From Phallusia mammillata (Eukaryota), in NCBI GenBank assembly GCA_965637545.1, contig OZ281497.1, forward strand, positions 27,094,001 through 27,158,000: a stretch of 64,000 bases of DNA. The letters run 5' to 3'. How positions within the stretch are numbered: position 1 is the first letter of the stretch; each line of letters opens with the position of its first letter. Shown piece after piece: positions 49,458 to 61,700 of this stretch. The notes under the pieces are model-generated. The model saw only the letters and a program-made list of their open reading frames with translations, searched no databases and was not told the origin of the DNA. The translations under genes and the position numbers were made by a program.

Positions 49458-51971
49458 ATGTGAAGCAAATAAATGATGTAAACATAAATCCAAACATCAA
49501 CAACTTAAATATCTCGCTTATTACCAATCCTGATTAAAGATCAAATCTGATTCTTGTGCGTAAACAGATTTGGGCGCCGAACATGTCTATGCAGGACATG
49601 ACGCTTCAACACAAAAAAATATTACTTTACTCAATAAGTCACACGAAATTCATGATACGGGTAATGCAGGTTTTACAACGTTTTTTGGCATCAAAGTTCT
49701 TTTAAAAGCATTAAATCATACTTGTTACTAAATAGTTTTTACTTTAGTGTTACAGTATATCTGTTCATATTGTTTTATTTTTACACGCACGGCCCTATTC
49801 CTATAACGTACACGGCTTTTTTAAGGTTAGGTTTGGGTGAACGCTAAGTAGTTTTAAGAGACCGCAAGTGTTTCATTCAAATACCGAAAAATAGCCAAAT
49901 TTGCTCAAACGAATTATTTATTAGGCTACTGGCAGTGCACAATCACAGAACAACTTTTCAGTTCAGAAATACAGAAATAAACATTGACGAGTATCGAAGG
50001 TGCACTTCTTTTGTGAATAACTCTTTGATTCAGCTGTTAGCTGTACCTGCACTTATTCTTTTTTCCGGACGTAAACTATTGATCGTAGGCTATATTCGTA
50101 TTATCGACAAGACATAGCGAGAAACAACCATTACGTTTCTACTGTAGTCGCAAGTCCAAATTTTGGAAAACCGCTTGAGAAATTTGACACCTTAAAACAC
50201 CTTAAAAAAACACTGACGTACACATTGCGAATAACTTAATGGCACCCCAACTGTGTTCATATAGCGCCACCACTGGTGCCATTGTTGGTTAGTATGTTAG
50301 CTTTGGAGTCATCCCGCTTTTAGATTTTTATTTGATATATTCATCAAAATGCCGATTATCAACCGACTTCTTTCTTCGTCCCAGCGATTTTAGATTTAAA
50401 TTCTGACCTTTTAGTGTTATTAAAACGTAACGTTGTTATTATTCTGATGATTCATTTTGTTGCGACCTATTCATTTTTGTTGTAATTTATTGTAAATGAA
50501 CCTTTTCAGTGGAATATTTTCCTTTGGTGATTATTTGCTTTCTGTGCTTGTTTGCATTTGATGTTTTCACCTGTTAAAACTTTCAGTGCTGTAAGAATAT
50601 CAAGTTCTGCTAAATACCTTGCTGTATATTTAATTGCTGTCATTTGGTTCTAAGCTTAAACTTAGTAATAAATGATTTCGATACCATAACTGCATTTAAT
50701 TCTTGTACTTTTGAAGATATCGTTGTGATGTTAGACTTTTCATTCTTAGAAAGTCCAACTCTTCTCTCAGATGCGTCTTTGTCTCAAGTATAGAAAACTG
50801 TAACGTTACGTATATGAGCCTGTTTTCTGTTCATTTTTTACTTTACTTTATTGTCAGCGCTTAGTATCGTAAAACGCTAATCAGATGGAACGTTACCGTT
50901 TAGTTTGTGGATTCAGATTTATGTTCGGTGACTGCTTAAACACACATGGTATGTGCATCCCGAATCCATGTTTATTTTAAACACAAACCGATCGCCGTTG
51001 TCGCCGCTTTTGCCCTGTCTGTATTTGTGCGGGTTCCATGTTAATCTACTCTCGATCGCCACCAGCCAATCTTATCTTTTCTGACTTTACGCAACATGTG
51101 CTGGCCGTATTACTGTATCATTTAATGGACTTTTCTCTTCAACGTGGTTAAAAGTAATTGTTTGTTTGTCATCTGGCTCGTTGTAATTAAATGTGCTTAC
51201 ATTTGTATGCCCAAACAACAATCTATTTTATTCAATCACTTGCTTCAGTAAATAACTTTCGTAAGTCGTATTTAACCAAATCGACAGTTGCAAATCGTTA
51301 GAAGATCTTAACCACAAGTGGTCTCGAGCGGTTTCGTGATGCCCAGCCGGTTACTGTGGTCAGGTATATAACGCACCGATATGGTATAAGTTATAAGTGC
51401 GTTATATACCTATATTGTATAGCATGGCTACGATTTAAAGAGTTTTGGGTTGCTTCTGTAGAAGCGTTGGTAGTGCAGCGTTTCTTAAAAAAGAGTTGTC
51501 GCTTTGTTTATATCAGCGCTGTACATATAGGTGACCTGTTGTAGAAGCAAGACGAAGAAACCTGAACTAGATTTACGTCTTTGACGAACATGCGAAATTA
51601 AAGAATGAAGAACCCTAGACTACGTTACAGACACTACAGCAATATTTTTCGTTTAAACAAAAAGCCGTGAGGTTGGTAAAACGCCCTGTTGAACTGGCAT
51701 TTCTAATTTTGTCGAGAAATGTGGCACTGGTTGTAAATACGTTGAACAATTATTATAAACCAAAATAAAAACTTGAAACATAGAAATAATAATACTTAGT
51801 GCTTCTGAACCAAGCTGATTTGTTAAGTCCTTGTGAAAATAATTAAGATGAGGACTTTCCCATCGGCGTTTCAAAAAATTCCCAAACCGGTTGAGTAAAA
51901 GTAAACTGTTTACCTGGAGTGCCGTTGGATGGCTACTGCGCTAGTCAACACAGACGGCCTATCTCCCAACG

Positions 51972-52021
51972 GCTGCACTGATGAGACCTTACAGGTCGAA
52001 ACAGTGTGCACTGACTGTAGC
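51972..52021 (+). ncRNA. Near-intact type I hammerhead motif (family A)
   Basis: gctgca-CTGATGA-GACC ttaca GGTC-GAAA-C agt gtgc act G-AC-tgtagc. All three stems can form; the cleavage triplet is GAC instead of GTC. Confidence 0.8.
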
Positions 52022-53424
52022 TGAAACTGTTTTATCAACATTAAGGTCGTTACTTTTCTCATGGTAAGGATTTGATGATGTAACAACACGCAAGCACAAT
52101 TACGCAAACAAGGTCAACTTGCGACATGGCATGATTTCTTCGCTTTTCACAAGAGGAAAGTTGTTCTTCATGAACTCCATTGTCCAGTATACCGTCATAA
52201 ATTACAAGAACCTTGTTGTTTAGTAATGAAGCATCAGTCAACGAGGTAAGTGCTGTTTGTATTTTGAATTAAGCTAAATGACTTTACTGTGATCAATGGA
52301 CCAAATTGTTCTCAACTAAACAAAAAATAAATATTGTGTGTATTTAACAGTATGTTTTGGAAGACACTTTTATGCCTTGTAAATATTATCTGTGGGTTTC
52401 CATTAAAGCTTAGTTCAGTAGTACACATCCTGTGGCTGTATAAACTAGAAACCTCCATTTGCATCATGTCTTTTTGACAATTTGTTTCCAGAGAGGGAAT
52501 TCTGCACCATGCATAATGTTTTTTTTTTAATCAGCCATGTACTTATTTTCTAATGTGTGTTCTGGCAGTCTCTGCTTTAGATGCCAAATATAAGTCTAAA
52601 TTCTGTTACTGCTGTTAGTACAAAATTTCAACTGTTTGATGACAGCAGTGACCATTTTTTTGAAACTTTGTAAATACTGTGATTGATTTGCTGTTATGAA
52701 CGATTTGTTTAAATTATTTTGCATTAAAATAACAGTAAGTTGGTGACAAATTTTCTGTCCACATAACGTAGCAATGATGTGTTATACTTGCGTGTTAACA
52801 TAATATGACTTTATTTTTAGTATTTGAGGTAAAAACTATATATTAATTGGCACTAGGTTTATATTTATTAGAGTAAATGTTATATTACAATGCCAGATTG
52901 TTTATTAGTTTTTGTCATGTAAAATTTTCATAATAAACACAGCTGATTTGCCCAAAGCCAAAGCTTATACCTCACTCCTTCCTGTCCAAAACAATTTTAT
53001 GGCAATCAAATATGTTGTTTACATAGAGATATGCTCTAGTTGTGAATGATGCAGGACCACTTTTAAAACAAACATGCACTTTTATAAAGTAGGTCAAAAC
53101 TTGTTGGCCTGATTGAAAGTTTATGCAGGATAACTAACCCGGCTATTATACATTGCAACCGTCAAATGTTTTTGTTTGTATGTTTAATTCAGATTTTAGG
53201 TTCGGACAAATTTTGTCGTTTATTAAAAAGTATGTAGGCTCGTGTTTGTCGTGTTTGGACTTGAAACAGGGCACCTTGTAATGTTCAGGAAAATATAAGT
53301 TGAGCCTGCCGTAGAATTTGCAATCGCGCTAATGTATGTATTCATCTTGACCAGTCAATTTTAGCAATGTAAACACAATGACACATACCTGTTTATTTTT
53401 TAAGTTAGTCCTATTTTCCCGCCT

Positions 53425-53712
53425 CGAGTAGCCCATTAAGCCAACGCCATAACAGGGACCTTACGAGATTTGCGGGCTATACAGGTAAATAATAGGGGCT
53501 AAGTGAGTCATTAGGCGACTTAACAGGGCCTAACAGAACGCTAAGCGGACTAAGCCGGGCCAAAGGTTTATAAGTGAGTATAAGCGAGCGGGCTATATGC
53601 GGGATAATCGGCCCGAGTGTAAGCGGATAGGCTAAGTGTGGGCTACGCGGGCTCAGTGAGCTACGCGGGTTAAGCGGCCTTGGTGTAAGCTAAGCGGGGT
53701 AATTGGGCTCGC
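53425..53712. repeat. Degenerate G-rich ~9-10 bp minisatellite (TAAGCGGGC-like)
   Basis: Many variants (taagcggac, taagccggg, taagcgagc, tacgcgggc, taagcgggg) in a GC-rich island. Confidence 0.6.
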
Positions 53713-56700
53713 AGTTTTATTTTCCTACAAATATAATTTTGTTTCTAAGGCAATTCATTTTGTTTCACTAAATTTTTCGAAACGACCAATCATTTGCAGC
53801 AGTTCGTTCGCAATATTATGTCGCTTGATGTCGGAAGAACGTCATATTGGATTATAATTCCGATTATATCGGTGCCAATGGTTGATGAAATAAGCCCCAT
53901 TTTTGTCCAGGTAAGCACGGTGGGTGTAGTGTTACTGTTTCGTGTACATTTACCCCTCGTTCATCTTTATCAATTACATGTCATTTAGAATTTTGAAAAG
54001 TCAACAAAGTTCGGCGTGGCAAATTTATTTGTGAACGATGATGAAAAAGTAAAAGTAATAACGATTTGTAACATTGTGACAAAGACTACCCGTGTTATTT
54101 GTGCATGTTGAGTGCATTTTCAAACCCACATACTTCATCATGCGTAACGACGGCACAACGTATCACGAGCTGTGATCTCATTTGCATTTAAGTTTTACCG
54201 CTTGATGGAACTAAAACGCAGTTTATTTTTAATCAATGCACTGTCAAACCAAAAGCCGCGCTAAACATCTCAAGTAAAATGCGCAGACACGTGTCAGAAC
54301 ACGCTCATATTGTTGTTCGAATAAGAGGTGTGACGAGGATGATATAGTATTGTCCTAAATGTTGAAATTGTACGACAAAATTAAAAAAAAAAAAAACTTT
54401 TCCTTTACAAACGACGTTTACAGGAAGCTGTCGTGCCACGTAAATCACTCGAGGTCGCGATTGTGCAGGTTTGGTGATATCATGAACTATTCACGAATCA
54501 CGGCGCATTCAGGACCTTTAGTGTAATGGTAGGCTACATCAGGGACACTGATGTTGTGGCTAATTATGACGCAAAGTTTTTAGAGATTGTGTTTGAAAAT
54601 ATGTGGTAAGCTGTTTCACATTGCTTTTTTGCTTGCTGACAACATTTGCGTGATGACATAGCGACACAAACTGTCTGGTTTTAGTTTTATCAGCAACAGC
54701 CCCGTTTCTTGTGGCTACAGTCGTTTTTATCAAATCGTTGTTAGAACAACAAGTTTTGTTCGTTCAAGTAGAAAATGTACCCAACAAGCGTGTCGCTGTT
54801 TGTTTCACGGCAGCAAGGGAGATGTCGCACACATTTGTTACCTGTGTTTATTCAAGCAAAAGCCCTTTGTATGTTTTTATTAGATAAATGAGCAGAAAGT
54901 TTGTCTATCAGCAAATTAAATAAAAATCAAACAAACATATACTCAAAGAAAAGGTTGTTATTTTTATTAGGCCTGATTTTCCAGCATTGGGGGCGACTTA
55001 AAGTCACTTAATGATAATTATCATTATGTATTATATAATTATGTGTTTGCGCTTGTGTTGTACGTGTTAGGGCATGTTGTTGGGGTGTGGTCTTAAGTGA
55101 CTGAGTGTATCTGACATTTTATTTAGGTTTTTTGGTACATTTTCAAAAAAATCGTAGCCCAAACGAAAAGTACTTTATGTTTTTGCATTCTCTTCCGATA
55201 CAAACTTCAAATCCTTGCAAAGTGCACTTTTTCCGTTCTTATTGGTTGTTGTGAAAAGCGATTTCACAACATTTAAAGAAACAACGTTGTAACGTTGTGT
55301 ATCGCCCCGATGTTGCTCTGTTGGGATTCTGCTTGACTTTGTTTGTGAGTTTGGTTGTGTGCGGTATTTCTTACACAGTTAAGGCGATATCGCGAAACAA
55401 GTAGCAGTAACCATTCCAGTAAATTTGATCACGTACGCATAACAATACAAAGTCCACAGTCAAGTTGCTTTCGATATTTCAACATCTTTATTACCTGAAG
55501 GATTTTCCAATAGGTTTAGTGCTGATATGCCAAAATTGTTCATGATTAAAGAATGGGCCACTGCTGTGTATACAATGTTTCCTAATGCCAAGTTTGTATC
55601 TTTGTTAGTAAACACCCCGTGATATCACATATTACTGATATTTGTTGTTTTTATTCGGTAGAATAATTGCACAACCGCCGGTTGTTTCATCATTGCGTGT
55701 ATACTAACGATATAACAGAAACCCACCTTAACGTTGGACGATTAGCAAGTTTGTGAAGAAGTTGTGCAACTTCGTTGCTGTTGTGTATGTCACTTATATA
55801 CTTCTTACTTTTACTTTCCTTTTTCTAAAGATGGTAGACTAGCGGAATAGACACTTCAGTTTTAAATTGCAAGGGTATTTTAAAACTCGCAAACGTTTTC
55901 TTACATCGACAATGTCTATTTTCAACCAATATTTTTCAAAAGTGGGCCTAGATTGAGGGCCTGTGAGGTATTCGCTATATCAAATTAAAAATTTAATTCT
56001 TATAGGTTGTTGTTTCATCAAAGGGATGCACAGTACATTTTTTGTCGAACTAGATTTCCCCATTTTGTCATCTATCTTTTAATTTTTTGAAATGTATGAT
56101 TAAGTGGGTCACTTAATCGTGTGACACGTGACAATAAATCAGATCGTTTTGCGATGTCCCGTTCAAACAAAAGTCCCATAGTTTAGTAAATATTCAATGA
56201 GCACGTTTAAAAACATGCCACCCTCACAAACAGCTCATATCGGTCATGTGTGAAGTGGTTTAGTATAACACCGTAACATTTAACGTAGCGCGACATATGA
56301 CAGTAAATCAGAGTTGTTTTATAATGTCGTGCCGGATCAAAAGTCCAGTTGTTTCGTAAATATTTGCGTCGTGAGGCGACAAACTGTTCTGAAATTTAAA
56401 ATCCAATTAAGGCGTCGTAAATTAGAGGGTTTGGAATTATTTGTAACAAGCTGACAAACATGAAAGTATATCAGTGTCGGGCGTAAACCTACAGCGATTT
56501 GAACAAGTTGAACAACGGTACATTAAAGACGTTTGGACGATGAACCTCAATAAAAGTTGTTATTGGAGAGTTGTACAACTTAAAAGTTCGTTCACTTCCA
56601 TTTTGTGTTGACACTTGCTGACACAACAAGTTTTAAAATGTAATTTGCTCATACTTGAAAGGTACTTGAGAATAAATCTGCCCTTTTTCTACATAATCTC

Positions 56701-58782
56701 ATTGACGAATTTAAACATTAAGTTGGTAAATTGGAGTCAACAATCACAGATTGTTCCATAAACTAAAAATGTATATGACGTTTCGTGCTTCACTTACAAG
56801 TCTTGCTAAAATCATAAATGTAATTGCCTCTTGTTTATTGCGTTTTTCATGGACAGTCAATATTAACATTTTAAATGATTTGATTCTTTTAGTTCTGTAC
56901 AACGCAAAACTAAATGGAACTTAGCGTGTGACGTGGAAATAAATGACTAAATGTGATCGCATGTTGAACTCTTCTGGTTTGTTTGTGAAGCGATGAGGGC
57001 TTTTTATCATAAAATACAACAGATCGCTGTTTTATGTGTTACAAAACTTATACCTGCCCGGTTGAAACCGTGTGCGAAACGGCTCAATGTCCGTGTTACA
57101 GCGACTTGGCTTGTGCGTAAAGATGTAAGGTTGCCTCGTAAATTTCCGCTATGTGCGGACAAGTACGATTTGAGCAAACATGTGGGCTTGGGTTCCTTTC
57201 AAGTGCAATTGTGTTCAATTTGAAAATCTAAACTTGTCATCTCACGTTTACTGTTGGACCCGCTCACATTGTAAATTTCCGTCGTTTGGCGACGAGCCGT
57301 CTCGACCCTTTGAAAACGAATCGTGTGGTTGTAAACCAGGATCTTAAACAGTAATAAAACCGAGATTCTTTTACCGTCTTTGTGGAGTTAAGTCTCGACC
57401 TGTGGCGAACACTTTATTGTCAAAGTAGCTCTTTTAGGTGAAAAACGGCATGTAGCGACAAACCGACGTTGTTTTTACGATGGCTTACCTCGCTAGTGTT
57501 CAAAAGCACCGTTGCTTTGTAACTGTTTGCATTGTTCGGTGACGAACGCTGGCGATATTTGTAAAGTGGTTGCGATGACGTCCTTTACCAGGGTCGTAAT
57601 TCCAACAAAGGGTAAAATCAAACATGTGCGCAATAAAATTGCCGACCAAAATTTAATTTACTTCTAATTGTTATCGTGTGCTACCAGTGTTAAGGACCAG
57701 ATATTCACTCTATTTTGAATATTTTTGCACAGTTTTACACCTGCGAGGTTTGCCCGACAAATTATTCTAATTTTATTTGTAATTTATACAAACTCGAAAA
57801 TTCTGTAAAAACTCGATGTTGTTTTTCCGTATTTGACAACTTTTCTCCATCTCAAGATGATTGTTCCTGTTTAATTGCTTATCGTAAGCTTCCGGAAAGT
57901 ATCTTACGTAGACTTTGTAGCGTATATACAAACTACTATTCTTGGCACTTACAAAAATGCTTTTGCGATGGTTTATGTGGTATTGATAAACAACACTTTC
58001 ACGGCATAAACTTTTTTCAAATTAATCTTATAAACCGTCTAACTTTATTGGAATATTTTTACATAGCAAGAAACAAAACTGTTATGTAGGAAACAAACTT
58101 AAATAAAGCCATTAATATTAGTACAAGTTTCAAAACTAATATGTGAAGGCCAGTTATTTTTTGTGACCTAAGATATGCCGAACATTACATTGTTCGTGAA
58201 ATGCGGAAACGTAAAAACTTGAGACCAATTTCGTTTTTACTGAATGTTGTTTTGTTGAATGTAACGTTATGTCACACCGATCGACGTTGTTTAGTTTTAC
58301 TTGCGGATGCCAAAATAACTTAGTTGGGTTACAAACGCTTGCATGTTTGTAAAACATGCGGGACTTAACTAACGCAATTCATATTATTGTCACTCATGTT
58401 TTCGTTTCATGCGGGTACGCCTTTGCAGCGATCCAGATAGTTTGAGTAGCCCGGATACAGATCTTTGGCCATAAGTTGTATAAAGAAGGTCTAACAATAT
58501 TTTATCAACCCCAAATAACTCGCTGTGGTCTGTCATCTATTTTTAACCCAGTGTACAAAACAGTTATAAGGGCAGCTGAACTTGCAGTTCAGTAACTGTA
58601 TGTACGCCATGCGTGCAATATGGTTTGTAAACAAACGCTATTTGATAAGCATTGCTAGTCATCAAGAATGGTCATATCCTATAAAACAATTGATAACGAA
58701 CAAAACTCTATAAACTACAGGGTTTGCAACTAGCTGGACAACAGGGTATTTCGCAGCAAAACAACGTACTGTGTTTGCAAGC

Positions 58783-61700
58783 ATGGCAGAAAACAAGCTT
58801 GGAATCGAAACATCTAATTCGTCTGTTTTACCAAATTTACAAGATCGACCCCAGCCCAACGCAATAAAATGATTGGGGGATGTTCCAACCCTAACTAGAC
58901 TGACCCAGGGGTCTGGAGAAATCGAATCACAACACTCCGGTGACGTTGTCCCCTTACCCCCACAATATGGGGAAGTTGTAACCCAATGTGGATCACGCCA
59001 ACAATCAAGAGATGTTGTGCCACAACCACAATCTGCTCAAATGTCTCCTGTCAATAACGAAAACGCAGTGATAAACATGGTAAGAAATTAGGGCCGAATA
59101 TTCAGTTGTTACTGTAATTATATTTCGTGTTTTGCAGGAGAGAGTTGAATCGCCGCAGTTCGGAGACACAATCATCAACACAACTGGACCAGTGTACAAC
59201 GCACCGGTAGAACTTCATCACCACAGCTATTATACCCTTGTTCAACAACAGCAAACGGTTCAACAAATGTACGAACGTCAATCACATACTTGCCGCAACC
59301 AGAAGGCTTCATCACTAGATACAGAACCAGGAATCGTTCGTCCTGCTACAACACAACCAGGGACAGAAGCAAGTCAATCTGCAGCAGCCCAGTCTTCAGA
59401 AAGTCAACATCAGCAAACAATTAAAGCCACTGCGAATAAAAAATGTGGGGACAGGTTTGATAGGTTTAATAATGTGGAATTCAAACCAGATTTCGTGTTA
59501 ACATTGTTCAACTGCTAGTAATAAACACAGATTGTTTTCGTTTAGGTGAACAACTGAAGTTATTGCTACAGGAAGAGGTCAAAGCCGCTGCCAGTGAAGA
59601 ATCGTCGCTGGTAGATTTTTCAGACCGACCTATACCAACCGTCCAAGTTGCCTTATCCAGCAAGCCACAGCAAATTGACGACGAGTTTCTAGCAGAAGGG
59701 CATTATCACCGCAAAGACGAACTTTACAAAAGACCAGACAGTGACATTACCGGTGAAGAAATGTTTACTCTTTCAAAACAAACAGCAGAAAACGAAGCCG
59801 AGAAAATGTTTAAATCACATGAAAGGAAAGCTAAAAATAACTACATCGAAAAACATGGAAATGTAGTCGGTGTGGTTGGACAAGCTGGAATAGGAAAAAC
59901 AACCTCAGCAAAAAAGTGGGCCCTGCAAGCGGTAGATGGACAATTGTGTGGAAGAGTATCGTTTGTCTTTTACATTGTGACCAGACTCATTAACTTCACA
60001 GCGAAGATGACACTACTTCAGTTTCTCATTTCCAGCTTGTTATCCGAATGGAACTGCACAGCTGATGAGGCGACCATTATTCTTGCTGCCATATGCGGGG
60101 ATCCAGCCGTTTTAATCATTGTGGATGGTTTAGATGAAGCAGCTTTCAAATCATTTTCCAGTTCAGTTTCCAAACCTCTGATACATGGAAAAAATACTGC
60201 AGAAAGTTACTTGAAACATTTAGCCGGGGGAAACTTACTTCAACATGCTCGGAAGATTTTTACATCACGTCCAGCTCAATTATACAAGCTCCATCCTTCA
60301 TACCGGCCCAAGTTTGTAGTTCAGATACTTGGTTTAACATCAGCATCACAGAATGAACTCGGACGTCAGATATGTGGAAACAAATATGATGTCATACAGC
60401 AAAAACTTGTCCAAAAGTCTAATGTATTTGCATACTGTTATGTACCTGTCAATTTCATATTGACAATTAATTACCTGGTGAATTACGATGGAGATATTCA
60501 GTTTGTTTCACTCACACGAGTTCTAGCGTTTACTTGTAGCCAATACGTAACAACCCCTCACCTGCATGGCCAAGAATGCGATTTGGACAAACTGGCCAAA
60601 ATGGCCTGGGATGCATTTCTTGAGGGCAAATTGGTGTTTAAAGACAAAGAGTTTAGAAAAGCTAAAATCGAATCTGCTACAGCCGACGCCTTTCTCACCA
60701 CGTCAGTTACGAAACAAGTAAGTCTCAAGCTGACGATATTAGACGGACACAAACTAAGATACTTTTCTCATCTCACCTGGCAGGAGTTTTTTGCCGCTTT
60801 TTACATGATGATGGTCATGCCAGTAAAGGAATTTCGAAAGCAACTGAAACAACTAACCGAGGACAAATGGGAAGTTGTTTCCAAGTTTGTTTTTGGAATT
60901 TGTGATTCTTGGGTTTTTAAACAACTTGAAACCCTTGTCTCTGCGCCCTCGAGGGAAGATTGGTCGCTCAAAAAGTTCTGGATGGTCGAATTTCTTACTG
61001 CGAACATGAACCCAAAGAAGTCTTGGCTGAATAAATTCTTCAACTCCGGAAAGAAATTTAGCGAAAAGAATCTTTTGAAAGTTTGTAGCTGGATTCATGA
61101 AATGAATGATCGAGAAATGGCCTCGTCTGTTGCTTTCCTACTTCCTAATAAGCTGGACCTTCGTAATTCATCTCTCTTTCCTGACGACGTCGAAAACCTT
61201 TCCTTCGTGCTTCAGCACATAGCCATCCCGGTATTACTGTGGTTTAAATTTCGCTACCGATGTTGTTATTAGGGCGATGTAAAAGATTTTATTAAAATTA
61301 ATGTCTAGTTGATTAGGCCTATATGTTCTTTTTTTGTTTTGTTTTTTTTGCTGTCATCTCGGCCTGTTATAGTTTTAACTAGTATGCAACACCTGCCTTC
61401 GTCTGGCAATGAAATTGATGGTATTTTATAAAGCGAAATTACGTAGTACTTTGACATGTGGTTAAAACGATCAAGCTCTATACTAATCACCAAACGCAGT
61501 AGTAGGTAAAGTTTTTTGTGTGTAATGCATGACCTTATTAACAGTTTAATCAGGGGTGGGGAACCTGCGCCCGCTTGCTTTTTTAATGTAGCCAGACACA
61601 ATTTTGTTAAAGTAAAGTATACAACAAAGCATATGAACAATAAAATGAAAAATAAATCGACATTACTGGTAATCTCCCCATTCCACATTGTGACGCCAAA

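Noticed and set aside
50262-50276. CTCF-like motif AGCGCCACCACTGG
   Set aside because: One base short of the canonical spacing and with no supporting context.
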